A stretch of 64,000 bases of DNA from Candidatus Bathyarchaeota archaeon (GTDB lineage Archaea; Thermoproteota; Bathyarchaeia; 40CM-2-53-6): the NCBI GenBank assembly GCA_963783645.1, contig CAWAOH010000016.1:141719-205718 (forward strand). Direction: 5' to 3'. Numbering within the stretch: position 1 is the stretch's first letter; every line of letters begins with the position of its first letter. Positions 19,575 to 28,990 of the stretch are shown in pieces. Below the pieces are notes generated by a model, which saw only the letters and a program-made list of their open reading frames with translations, did no database searches and was not told where the DNA came from. The translations under genes and the position numbers were made by a program.

Positions 19575-20096
19575 CTAACGGACTTCGAGGAGCACAGTAT
19601 CCTTTTTGACGGTTGCTCCTTCCCGCACTCTAATTGAAGCCACTCGCCCAGACTTGTGGGAAACAATCTCGTTTTGCATTTTCATCGCTTCAAGTATCAA
19701 GAGTGGGGTACCGACCGATACCTCGTCTCCCAGTTTAACCATAATGCTAGTTACTCTGCCAGGCATGATCGCACGGATCTCTCCGCTTTCTGTCTTCGAA
19801 GTTGGTTTCGTTAGTTCCGCAAGTCCTCCGGGTCCGACGGGTGTGACTGAGAACTGGAAGGGTAATCCGCCGACCCAGACCTCGACCTTATCCGACCCTA
19901 GCGATCTTGATCTAGCGTGGACCCTCACGCCTTCTCTGGTGATTGCCCATGCCGCGATTTCTTCGAGCCTATCGCAAGCGCAATCGATTACAGCATCGTT
20001 TACCGTGACTCGGCATTCTCTCTTGTTTTTTGGCTCAACGATCACTGTGTATGATTGTTCGTTCGCTTGTACTCTGTATGTTTGCAATTCTACCAA
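19575..20096 (-). CDS. accB: Biotin carboxyl carrier protein
   Basis: C-terminal biotinyl domain with EAMKMQNEI..VLLEV; overlaps the accC stop region in operon fashion. Confidence 0.85.
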   Translation of the reverse strand: MVELQTYRVQANEQSYTVIVEPKNKRECRVTVNDAVIDCACDRLEEIAAWAITREGVRVHARSRSLGSDKVEVWVGGLPFQFSVTPVGPGGLAELTKPTSKTESGEIRAIMPGRVTSIMVKLGDEVSVGTPLLILEAMKMQNEIVSHKSGRVASIRVREGATVKKDTVLLEVR

Positions 20097-21589
20097 CTTG
20101 GCTGGTGTATATGCGGTCTTCCGGATCTTCGCCAGTCTGACCTGTGAGTAGGTGGGGTCTTCTTGATGGGTATGCTGATGGTCCTATTGGCTGCTGCTAG
20201 GGCCGCAGCGTTTTCCTCCAGTCGGGCTAGTTCTTCGTTGAGTTTGGGTGTGAATGTGTTCAAGTATGTTGTACTGAAGTCCCCGGCATTGAATTGCTTG
20301 TCAATCATTATTGCTTGATGGAGAGGTACGGTTGTTGGAATACCGATGATTTCCAGCTCGTCAAGGGCGCCCCTCATTCTGCGTATCGCGTCTTTGCGAT
20401 TTCTTCCATACGCAGAGAGTTTCACGATGAGTGAGTCGTAGTATTCAGGAACGGTGTAGCCAGAGTATAGTGCCGAATCGACTCGTATTCCTGGACCTGC
20501 GGGCGCGTGGTATTGAATCACGGTGCCCGGAGAAGGCGTGAAGTCTTTTCGTGGATCTTCTGCGTTGATACGACAGTTGATAGCCCACCCTCTTACTCTG
20601 ATCTCATTCTGCGACACGTTCATCTGTGATTCGAAAGCGATCGAGAGTTGCTCCTCGACAATATCAATGCCAGTGGTTAGTTCGGTGACAAGATGCTCAA
20701 CCTGGATCCGTTTATTCACTTCTAGAAAGTGGAATTGACCGGTATTTTCGACAAGGAATTCCACCGTGCCGGCATTCGTGTAGCCTGAAGCTTCAAGTCC
20801 CTTCTTCGCTGCTTCAGAAAGGGCGGATCTCGTCGTATCGCTAATTCCAATTGATGGCGCTTCTTCGAGGAGTTTCTGATGTCGACGCTGAATGCTGCAC
20901 TCTCGCTCACCCAGAATCACCACATTCCCTCGTTTTCCGGCGAGCGCTTGAATTTCTACATGACGCGGGCTTGTGAGTTGTTTCTCAACGTACATCTCAC
21001 TTTTTCCGAACGAGGAGGCTGCTTCCATCTTCGTAACCCGATAGAATCGTTGGACCTCTTCCTTAGAGTGCGCAATTCGCATGCCACGGCCGCCCCCGCC
21101 ATATGCGGCTTTGAGTATCACCGGAAATCCAATAATCTCAGCTACTTCAACCGCCTCGTGCTCATCCTTCAGTGGATTGTCGGACCCGGGTATTATGGGA
21201 ACGCCCGCTTCACGCATTGTTTTCCGTGCAGTTAGCTTGTTTTCGAGCTTCTCAATTGAATCACTCGAAGGTCCAACGAAGACGAGATCATGCTCTTCAC
21301 AGGCTCTTGCGAAGGACGCGTCTTCTGAGAGAAATCCGTACCCTGGATGGACGCCGTCGCACTTCGTTTCTGTGGCGGCGCGAATGATCTTGGGTATGCT
21401 GAGGTACGTTTCCGCGGGTGTGACTCCGACCAAAGGGAATGTTGCATCGGCATATGCCATCGGGAGGGAGTTCTGGTCAGCATCCGAGTATACTAGTACC
21501 GTTGATATTTCCAGCTTACGGCATGTTCGAATGATCCGGAGTGCTATCTCACCACGATTTGCGATTAGGAGTCTGATCGGCAAGGGCAA
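20090..21589 (-). CDS. accC: Biotin carboxylase subunit of acetyl-CoA/propionyl-CoA carboxylase
   Basis: LLIANRGEIALRIIRTC, ATP-grasp motifs (GGGGRGMRIA; EVNKRIQVEH), 499 aa. Confidence 0.9.
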   Translation of the reverse strand: MPLPIRLLIANRGEIALRIIRTCRKLEISTVLVYSDADQNSLPMAYADATFPLVGVTPAETYLSIPKIIRAATETKCDGVHPGYGFLSEDASFARACEEHDLVFVGPSSDSIEKLENKLTARKTMREAGVPIIPGSDNPLKDEHEAVEVAEIIGFPVILKAAYGGGGRGMRIAHSKEEVQRFYRVTKMEAASSFGKSEMYVEKQLTSPRHVEIQALAGKRGNVVILGERECSIQRRHQKLLEEAPSIGISDTTRSALSEAAKKGLEASGYTNAGTVEFLVENTGQFHFLEVNKRIQVEHLVTELTTGIDIVEEQLSIAFESQMNVSQNEIRVRGWAINCRINAEDPRKDFTPSPGTVIQYHAPAGPGIRVDSALYSGYTVPEYYDSLIVKLSAYGRNRKDAIRRMRGALDELEIIGIPTTVPLHQAIMIDKQFNAGDFSTTYLNTFTPKLNEELARLEENAAALAAANRTISIPIKKTPPTHRSDWRRSGRPHIHQPSW

Positions 21590-22062
21590 ACATCAACGTG
21601 AAATCCAATTTCACAACGGTATGTTGTAATGCTCTTCTGGATGGGTTAGTTGTCGCTTCTTCGAAGTAACCTCTAGAGCACGAAGCTTTGGTCTCATTTC
21701 CTGTGATTCAAGGAAATCATGAATGCGACCTCGTTTCGCCGGAACGTAAGGTGTAGCAGATCGTTCACGATATTCCACTGTAGGTGTTTTCGCCCCAGTA
21801 GATTGATCGTCTGCTTGCGCAATTTCTTTCCTGGTTTTGGTTGCACCTTCAGGACGCATGACTTCCTCTCCGGTTTGCACGCATCTCGGAACGGGCGTTT
21901 AAATCACTTGTCGTCAGGACGTAGGGTGCAGGTAAGCGACGTGAGTGCCCGAAACGCCGTATGGCTGAGTTAATTCTTTGCCATCGCTTATGTAAATTCG
22001 CGTTCGCTCTCTTGACTCTTGTTCCCATTATTGCCTATGGCAATCGTGATAAGCCATTCATG

Positions 22063-22899
22063 CGTAGGTTTCATGGAGGGATTGAATTGAGCGTAGAGGA
22101 GAAAGATGTCGCTGCCCTTCAGCGGCTTGGCTTAACCGAGTACGAGTCAAGGCTTTACCTTGCACTCGCCAAGATGGGACCTATTAAGGCCAGCGAAGTC
22201 AGCTTCCACGGACACGTCCCCCGAACCAGATCCTATGGTGCCATTCGGGAGCTGGAACGGAAAGGACTTCTAATAACAATACCAGGGAAGCCAGAAGTCT
22301 ACGCTGCACGTGCTCCCGCGGAGGTGCTCCTGCCTATGATCACGAGGCTTGAGGGCGAAGTGAAGGACTCTGCGAATCTCGTCCAACGATTATCCATGAC
22401 ATATGAATCGAATGTAATTGTGAGGAGCCAGTTTCCGCGAGAAGCAAGGGAAATGTGGATCATTGAGGGAAGAGCAAACGTTCTGAATAAAATGAATGAG
22501 CTTTTCAATCAAGCCTCAAAAACCATCGATTACTGCACAGGTGGAAATGGTCTGATTTGCGCATATAAGGCGAATACTGACATGCTTGCGAAGGCAAAAC
22601 AGCGTGGGGTCGTTGTGAAAATGCTGACTACCGTTTCCAGCGAGAACGCTTCGGTGGCAAGCGAGATGGGAACTGTGCTAGAGTTGAGGAGCATGGACAA
22701 ACCCTTTCCTCCTCAATACGTGAACTTCGTATCCGTCGACTCCCATGAACTTATCATTTCAGAAGTCAAACCTGACGATCTAAGCACCGATTGCGGGTTA
22801 GATTTTGCAGTATGGAACCGCAATAAACTTGCAGTCGGCGTTCATGACCAAGCCTTTGAACGTCTGTGGGATCTCTACGCAAAGTCCGCTAGGAAGTAG
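22063..22899 (+). CDS. TrmB-family transcriptional regulator
   Basis: N-terminal wHTH (LGLTEYESRLYLALAKMGPIKASEVS..RTRSYGAIRELERKGLL) plus a TrmB-like C-terminal domain. The start was placed at an internal Met; the upstream 34 codons look non-coding. Confidence 0.6.
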   Translation, partial: RRFHGGIELSVEEKDVAALQRLGLTEYESRLYLALAKMGPIKASEVSFHGHVPRTRSYGAIRELERKGLLITIPGKPEVYAARAPAEVLLPMITRLEGEVKDSANLVQRLSMTYESNVIVRSQFPREAREMWIIEGRANVLNKMNELFNQASKTIDYCTGGNGLICAYKANTDMLAKAKQRGVVVKMLTTVSSENASVASEMGTVLELRSMDKPFPPQYVNFVSVDSHELIISEVKPDDLSTDCGLDFAVWNRNKLAVGVHDQAFERLWDLYAKSARK

Positions 22900-23040
22900 A
22901 GGGCTCGGACTGGTAGACTATAGCTTGGTTCTTGGTATTATGTGAATGTACGCATTTTCGTGAAGCCGATGAGGAAATTTATAGTCCGCGATTGTTGAAA
23001 AAGTTGGTTCGGCTGCCCTTGTGTATCCTAACGACGCCAG

Positions 23041-23796
23041 TTAGAGGACTGACTCTTTCGAGTAAACCTCAATTCCATTTTGACCAATGTTGTAGGGTCT
23101 GGGTGTGCGGTCGATGGGCGTACCGCGCATCTTCTCCACTTGGATTACTCTCTGTAAGCTCTTCCCGCTCGTTGTTGTCTGCATCAGGATTATGCCGTGA
23201 ACAAGATATTCCTCGATTTGGAGCTTTCTGTTCGTGCCGCCGACCTCAGCTAATTCAGATGCGAGAAGACATGTGGCGCCTGTTTTGGACAGAGCTTGCA
23301 CGAGGTCGAGCATTGCTTTCCGTCTTTGGGTGAGATCTGCATATTGGAAGATCAGGTGAGAGACAGGATCGACTACGATTCGCCGTGCTCCAGCAGAAAC
23401 CGCACGATTCTTGATAACTTCCAACAGGCTGAGCAATGAGAATTCGGTTTTAGCGATCGAAACATTTCCCACCTGAACCTCGGCGGGAAGGGACCTGATT
23501 GGCGATGCGTCAATGAATGAAAGTTGTCCGGTCCTCTCGAGTGCTTCTATGTCCCATCCGAGAGCATTCATCTCCTCCACGTACTGTTCCTTGCTCTCCT
23601 CCAAGGAGACATAGAGTCCTTTCTCGTTGAACTTCTCGATGCCGTTTACGAGAAACTGTGTGCACAGTATTGTCTTGCCTGCCCCGGGTTCCCCCAGGGC
23701 GAGAACAACTCGGCCACGCGGTAGGCCTCCGGTCAGTATCTCATCAAGGCCTGGGATTCCCGTGAAGCTTCTTTCAAGCTTTCTGATAGTGGGCAT
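23041..23796 (-). CDS. KaiC-like / RecA-superfamily ATPase (single KaiC domain)
   Basis: GIPGLDEILTGGLPRGRVVLALGEPGAGKTILCTQF, i.e. a KaiC/RadA-type Walker A; 251 aa. Confidence 0.75.
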   Translation of the reverse strand: MPTIRKLERSFTGIPGLDEILTGGLPRGRVVLALGEPGAGKTILCTQFLVNGIEKFNEKGLYVSLEESKEQYVEEMNALGWDIEALERTGQLSFIDASPIRSLPAEVQVGNVSIAKTEFSLLSLLEVIKNRAVSAGARRIVVDPVSHLIFQYADLTQRRKAMLDLVQALSKTGATCLLASELAEVGGTNRKLQIEEYLVHGIILMQTTTSGKSLQRVIQVEKMRGTPIDRTPRPYNIGQNGIEVYSKESVL

Positions 23797-23810
23797 AGCA
23801 AGATTACCTT

Positions 23811-24074
23811 TTATCGAATTTCTGTAACCGCTCTTGTAGCTTGTTGCTCGCTTTCTCTTAACCTTGTTTTTGCCGCTTCGATATAGTCTACCGCTTCGAA
23901 TCCATGAATCTCATAGAACTCCCATCCTAATTTCGCATAGAGCCTTCTGATCGCAGCCCTTCCTATGACCTTTGCCGCCTTCCCTGAGATCTCCTCCAGC
24001 AGCGCTGAGAACTTGGCTGGTTGGCTTGGGATCTCATCATGATGTATTGAGCATTCAAGATAGTCGAAGATCAT
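23811..24074 (-). CDS. Hypothetical protein upstream of the KaiC-like gene (same strand)
   Basis: 87-aa ORF. The frame upstream remains protein-like for ~60 codons but has no start codon before a stop. Confidence 0.3.
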   Translation of the reverse strand: MIFDYLECSIHHDEIPSQPAKFSALLEEISGKAAKVIGRAAIRRLYAKLGWEFYEIHGFEAVDYIEAAKTRLRESEQQATRAVTEIR

Positions 24075-24502
24075 TTTCTTAGTCCGTGCTCCAACGAGGT
24101 CGATTAAAGTCTCGTCTATTGCTTCGAGGAGTAACTCATCGAATGTCTTGGAGCGAATCCCATTGAGTGGAACCGAAGTGCGGATGTCCGTTGTTGATGC
24201 GCCCTGTCGCGAGATCAGGCCACGGTATGAGATAATAAAGTCACCAGCACGATTACGGAGCTGTCAATTAGATTGGATATAGTGGGAAGACCTCGATGCT
24301 CAATGTTTGAGGCCTCTTTGTATGTCATTCGATGGATAAATCTTCTAGAACATCGTCCCATGCTCAGATTCAACGAGGCTTATCTGCATTAACTGACGAA
24401 CTGGCTGTCACCTCCTAGACTAGCCTTCATGGATCGGTGAAGAAGCAACTTGATGCGTGCGCGTCCCTTAGTGATTGAGAGGATGGACGTTAGTGGTTGT
24501 AG

Positions 24503-25213
24503 GTGGCGTGCGCTGTGAAGTTGGCTGAGAGCATCCTGGCGCTTCATCAGGAGATTCTGGAAGTTTACGTTATCGAGGAGAGGGATGGCCAGAGTGTGGT
24601 TACAGATGAAGCTAGCAAGAGCGGGGCTTCACTGCTCGCGGATGGCATGAACCAGATGGGGAGAAATGCTCCGTTAAGTCCATCAATCATTCTTGGAGCG
24701 GCAGGGCAGATCCTTCAAGGTAGTAGACCCACGAAATTAGTGGGGATACTGTACAGCGGGGGAGGCGTCATAATGTCACCCATCGATGAGGGTAGACTAT
24801 TCATTGCCAGCACAACCCCCTCAAGCCTTTTTGACGTAATGCGGAAGATCACTGAATCGCTGCCGAGAATAACACAAGGATTTAGGGGAACAGTAAACGC
24901 GGTGAACTCAGCAAGTGAAGCTGAGGACAGAGCAATTGCTTTCCTCACAAAAAGGCCTCAGCATGCGTATTCTAGCGTGCATCTCGATGAAGTAGTGTAT
25001 CTGAATGATGATCAACTTTGGAGCATCAATGGCTCCCTCCAATCTCGAATGCGTAGCAAGAGTTTTCACATGGACGTGGCCGCGAAGGACGGGGCCGTCT
25101 TGAGGTTCTCCTCAGTCACTTCAATGACTCGAAACTACCTACTCATTCTCGAGGCCGCATGTATAGCAGCGGCCACAGCCTTGTTAGCGTGGATTTTGTA
25201 CACAAAGCTCTGA
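24503..25213 (+). CDS. Roadblock/LC7-like domain protein with extended C-terminal domain and TM anchor
   Basis: The first ~120 aa follow the roadblock pattern (LEVYVIEERDGQSVV..GRLFIASTTP.SLFDVMRKI). The C-terminus has a hydrophobic helix (LLILEAACIAAATALLAWILY). Confidence 0.45.
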   Translation: MACAVKLAESILALHQEILEVYVIEERDGQSVVTDEASKSGASLLADGMNQMGRNAPLSPSIILGAAGQILQGSRPTKLVGILYSGGGVIMSPIDEGRLFIASTTPSSLFDVMRKITESLPRITQGFRGTVNAVNSASEAEDRAIAFLTKRPQHAYSSVHLDEVVYLNDDQLWSINGSLQSRMRSKSFHMDVAAKDGAVLRFSSVTSMTRNYLLILEAACIAAATALLAWILYTKL

Positions 25214-25281
25214 AATCGACTCTGGAGCTGAGGTTATATTGCAGTTTGCATGATATGATCATATCTTCCAGTGATTATGGT

Positions 25282-25557
25282 ATGTATGCTCTAGAACAAA
25301 AACCAGCGGCGAATAGAACACGGGTTGAGATTCTTGCTAATATCCTCCAAGTAGCATCAAATCGAACTCTTAAGACACATATTATGTATCGTGCGAATCT
25401 TAGCCATCGCCAGCTGGAGAAGTATCTGACCTTCCTCGAGACTAATGGGATGCTTGAGCGGCTGTTGGATGAAGATGGCGTCCTAAAGTACCTGGTGACT
25501 CAGAGGGGTATTGATTTCCTTAAGGATTATGAACGGTTGTCCAGTTACTTGTCTTAG
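25282..25557 (+). CDS. Small winged-helix DNA-binding protein (archaeal HTH_45-like)
   Basis: RVEILANILQVA..RTLKTHIMYRANLSHRQLEKYLTFLETNGMLE, paralogous to 26116-26469. The start is an internal Met after the upstream stop. Confidence 0.5.
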   Translation: MYALEQKPAANRTRVEILANILQVASNRTLKTHIMYRANLSHRQLEKYLTFLETNGMLERLLDEDGVLKYLVTQRGIDFLKDYERLSSYLS

Positions 25558-25669
25558 AGATTTCATCAAGCGTTCACGTGCGGTTTTCTAGAATCGAAGA
25601 TGGATAGTTCTCGTCAGTACGTCCTGAGTCTCTTTATACATTCTTACATTGACTCGTTCGTAGAGAACG

Positions 25670-25918
25670 TTGACGTCAAGATTGGGGCTCAGCATAGTCG
25701 ATAGAGTCTGGTCTATGCTGCAGGATGGCCAATGGCATACTCGGCATGGAATATTGTGGACCCTGCATTCACGCGAAGATGAAGCCTCGCTCGTCCTCAG
25801 TTTTCTTGTCAAGTACGGTTTCTTGGAAGTGTCCGATCAGGATAGGTTGAGAGCTTTAGCATTGTCCCCGCCACCGAGCTGTGCTGCGCGAATTCTTCGA
25901 CAAAATCCTATCCTGTGA
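25670..25918 (+). CDS. Hypothetical small protein (possible winged-helix-like)
   Basis: 82 aa; ..EASLVLSFLVKYGFLEVSDQDRL resembles the recognition-helix/wing region of small archaeal wHTH proteins. Weak. Confidence 0.3.
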   Translation: MTSRLGLSIVDRVWSMLQDGQWHTRHGILWTLHSREDEASLVLSFLVKYGFLEVSDQDRLRALALSPPPSCAARILRQNPIL

Positions 25919-26115
25919 TCATTTCACTCTTGGGACCACTTCCAGTTTGATTGGACTATTAGCTAATGGACAACTCCAGGGTGCGTTAGGATAGGAACTT
26001 GGCAGATTATGACTGGCATGTGTTAACATGGGCCTGATGCCGGACAGATCCTAGACAATTGTTCTAGAACTAAGCTTCATAACTGCCTTTTGTACGTGTA
26101 CACCCCATCCGAGCA

Positions 26116-26469
26116 ATGGTTGCTGTTGGGATCCCTGTGACTAATTCAGAGAAACATAAGCGGCAATACCGCGACCGCATCGAAATAACCGCCAACATAT
26201 TGGAAATCGCCAAGGACGGGTCCCGTAAGACGCGGATAATGTACCTCGGCAACCTAAGCTTCGACCTTGTCCAGAAATATTTGTCACAACTCGTGCAACT
26301 CGACCTAGTTGAAGTGAAGGAGACACCGGGCGGCGAAAAAATGTACTATGTAACTCCAAAGGGAGAACGCTTCTTAGCTGACTTCAGCGAGCTTCAGAAA
26401 CACGCCGAAATCGCGGACACTAAGAAACAAGTGCTTGAAAATGCTCTCGGCATAAAGGTCAGAGCCTGA
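26116..26469 (+). CDS. Small winged-helix DNA-binding protein (archaeal HTH_45-like)
   Basis: RIEITANILEIAKDGSRKTRIMYLGNLSFDLVQKYLSQLVQLDLVE, the same motif order as 25282-25557. Confidence 0.55.
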   Translation: MVAVGIPVTNSEKHKRQYRDRIEITANILEIAKDGSRKTRIMYLGNLSFDLVQKYLSQLVQLDLVEVKETPGGEKMYYVTPKGERFLADFSELQKHAEIADTKKQVLENALGIKVRA

Positions 26470-26693
26470 GCTTATCCTACTTATCATCTGATGGATTAGA
26501 GTTAATTAGAGGTAACAAAGCAGCTGACTATTCTGCGATCGTCTCAGAGGTTGAACTATTCCCATCAATGACTGATGAAGCTATAATGGATTCACGATTG
26601 AGGAATGCGTACTCCCGCAGAAACCGACCATGTTCAGTTAATGACGTGCAAAGGATTCGATCTTGATTGATCGGAAGGCTGTCATGCTTTTCG

Positions 26694-27743
26694 CTATAGC
26701 CTCGAACCGCATATGCGGCAATAGCTATCGCCTTGCCCTAGTCTTGTTCCGCAGTGACTACAAAATGCTCCAAGAGTTCCATCAGCAGATGTCTGTGCTG
26801 GTGGAGTTCCTTGCGTTGGTCCGCTGTATACTGTAGGCTTGCTAGGCGCAGAATTGCGTTTCGTTAGCATGAATAGCGTTGCCAGGAACAAGGCTAGTGA
26901 AATGGCAGCAAGCGCACCCAAACCTGTTTCCATCGTAGTGTCTGCTGTGGTGACCGTTGACGTAGATGTCAGAATGAGAGGTACTTGTGTTGAAATCGCG
27001 GTAGATGTGGTAAGACTCATTTCTGTTATGATCGAATAGCTAGTGATGGTTGCTGTCTGATATTGGTTCGGATAACCGGAGCCGTAACCGGAACCATAGC
27101 CTGGACTACAACCATAGTTTGAATAGTTACAGTTAGGATAGCTTGGGTTACAGTTATTGTATCCGTTGTAGCAGCCGGATCCATAGTTGGAACATCCATT
27201 GTATCCGTAGGAATTGCAGTAGGACTGCCATGATTGCGAGGATGATTGCCAAGTATGACTTGAGGATGAATGCCAGGAATGGCTCGGATCAGTTGAAGTC
27301 ACAATTGAAGTTGTAACGATGACTGCTGTCGAAGTTGAAGCGACTGTCGTCGTGGTCGACAGAGTTATGGAAGTCGTGGGCGGATCAGAGGTCGTTGATG
27401 TTGAGCTTGTGGAGGTTGCTGACGTCATCAACGATGTGGAAGTATCCGTAGTCAATGAGGTCGGATCCGTTGCGCTTGATGTAACACTCGATGTGGACTC
27501 AGTTGCCAGAGAGGTCGTAGTGACAGGTGCCGTTGTTGTTCCAGTATCAGTGGTAACCGCCGAAGATGTGGAAGCAAGGGTAGAGGCCGTTGGGGGTGAC
27601 GACGTCGTCGATTCGACGGTTATGCTGGAGTTGTCCATCGGGGAGACTGTAACCGCACTTGCGGCCGCCATACTCGAGGCCACACCGATTACAGCTAACA
27701 AGAGAATTAGAGCCAACGCAACTCGTACTGGAACTGATTTCAT
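26694..27743 (-). CDS. Mucin-like S/T-rich cell-surface protein with Cys/Tyr/Gly/Asn-rich module, TM anchor and C-terminal cytoplasmic zinc ribbon
   Basis: Signal peptide MKSVPVRVALALILLLAVIGVASSMAAASA, then ~170 aa of S/T repeats, a module CNSYGYNGCSNYGSGCYNGYNNCNPSYPNCNYSNYGCSPGYGSGYGSGY, a TM (LGALAAISLALFLATLFML), and CSHCGTRLGQGDSYCRICGSRL at the C-terminus. Confidence 0.6.
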   Translation of the reverse strand: MKSVPVRVALALILLLAVIGVASSMAAASAVTVSPMDNSSITVESTTSSPPTASTLASTSSAVTTDTGTTTAPVTTTSLATESTSSVTSSATDPTSLTTDTSTSLMTSATSTSSTSTTSDPPTTSITLSTTTTVASTSTAVIVTTSIVTSTDPSHSWHSSSSHTWQSSSQSWQSYCNSYGYNGCSNYGSGCYNGYNNCNPSYPNCNYSNYGCSPGYGSGYGSGYPNQYQTATITSYSIITEMSLTTSTAISTQVPLILTSTSTVTTADTTMETGLGALAAISLALFLATLFMLTKRNSAPSKPTVYSGPTQGTPPAQTSADGTLGAFCSHCGTRLGQGDSYCRICGSRL

Positions 27744-27992
27744 CCAACTTTTCCTTCTGTTTACGAATGGCTGTCAAGATTGGAATGGGACATTTTCTTA
27801 CGCCTGTTACCCTCGGGTATGATCGTCTAGGATGCCCCCATACTAACTACGGACCGTAGTTGCTTATAACTAAGATGAATGAGTTGGATATACTTAAGAT
27901 GGATAAAGGATACTGAAGTTCCGCTAACTGGTGGTTACCCTACCTATCTTACGAATTTACCATTCAACTTGGTTCCCGAAGTGTCTGGTGCC

Positions 27993-28871
27993 TCAAGTCA
28001 CGCGTTTCTTGGAGAGATACCAATCCAAATCTCTTTCATGATTTGCATTTGGAGTTTTAGTCTTCCACAGGTGAGAAATCTTCTCATCGAGCATTTCATA
28101 GTATTTGTCTCCTTTCCAGAGAAGCTGACGGATCTCTTGAAGATTGATGGCTGGGTTCCAAGACTCGTAGGCTTTTAGTGTTTGATTGATTATCATGCCG
28201 CGTGCGTTGTATCGATCAGTCATCAATTTTCTCACGCCCGTCGCCGCCAAATCTCCCAGTCCGTCTTCGAGTCCATCCTCAGTCACATACGGAAGCATTG
28301 GTGCAATGAAGACCCACGTATCAAACCCAGCCTCATTTAATCTTCTAAGGGCATCAATCCTGTCTCTGACCGGAGAGGCGTGTGGCTCAAAGAATGGTTG
28401 TATCTCGGGGTTGAAAGTTGTTATTGTGAAGCCAATATCAACCCTATCCTTAATACGCGTAAGTAGGTCGAGGTCGCGTAGAACGAGGGCGTTCTTCGTC
28501 AAAATGGAGACGGAAAACTTTCGATAGTTTGATAGGAGTTCAATTGCGCCTCGCGTCAACTTGTATTTTGCTTCGACTTGCTGGTATGGATCGCATACGC
28601 TGCTGAGCCAAACGCTGCCACCGGGACGTCTTGGCAGTTCATTAGCTAACACGTCAAGCAGGTTCGATTTTACGTCTACGAAGCTACCCCAAGAATCTTG
28701 CAAGTGGCCGGAAAAGCGCCGCATGAAATTCGCGTAGCAATAAACGCAACCGTGAAGGCAGCCGGTGTAGGGGTTGACCGTATAATCGTAGCTCAGTGCG
28801 CTCTTTGAGAGAGCTGTTTTGCAACGTTTCTCAATTATCTTCGGTGCCTCGCGTTTCACCATTCTCCCCAC
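27993..28871 (-). CDS. Radical SAM protein, SplB / COG1533 (DNA photolyase-like) family
   Basis: YDYTVNPYTGCLHGCVYCYAN (Cx3Cx2C) is the signature N-terminal block of this family. Confidence 0.7.
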   Translation of the reverse strand: MGRMVKREAPKIIEKRCKTALSKSALSYDYTVNPYTGCLHGCVYCYANFMRRFSGHLQDSWGSFVDVKSNLLDVLANELPRRPGGSVWLSSVCDPYQQVEAKYKLTRGAIELLSNYRKFSVSILTKNALVLRDLDLLTRIKDRVDIGFTITTFNPEIQPFFEPHASPVRDRIDALRRLNEAGFDTWVFIAPMLPYVTEDGLEDGLGDLAATGVRKLMTDRYNARGMIINQTLKAYESWNPAINLQEIRQLLWKGDKYYEMLDEKISHLWKTKTPNANHERDLDWYLSKKRVT

Positions 28872-28990
28872 TTACAGACCTTGATGGCTAAGAGCTTTTC
28901 AATGGTGCGGGAGTGTGTAGAAGGCTATGATTTGAATAGGTGAGGGCGCATCAATTACGAAGGAGACCGCCTTCACTCAGCAGGTTTCCT

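Noticed and set aside
21081-21629. 182-aa plus-strand ORF within accC, and the 89-aa minus ORF 21611-21880 in the accC/trmB divergent spacer
   Set aside because: The first is antisense to biotin carboxylase. The second lies in a promoter-containing spacer and has a charged low-complexity translation. Neither is supported.
27319-27822. 167-aa plus-strand ORF (MTAVEVEATVVVVDRV...) opposite the S/T-rich surface protein
   Set aside because: It is a shadow ORF generated by the low-complexity (A/G/T-codon) repeat on the opposite strand. The minus-strand reading has a signal peptide, TM and zinc ribbon, while this one has no features.
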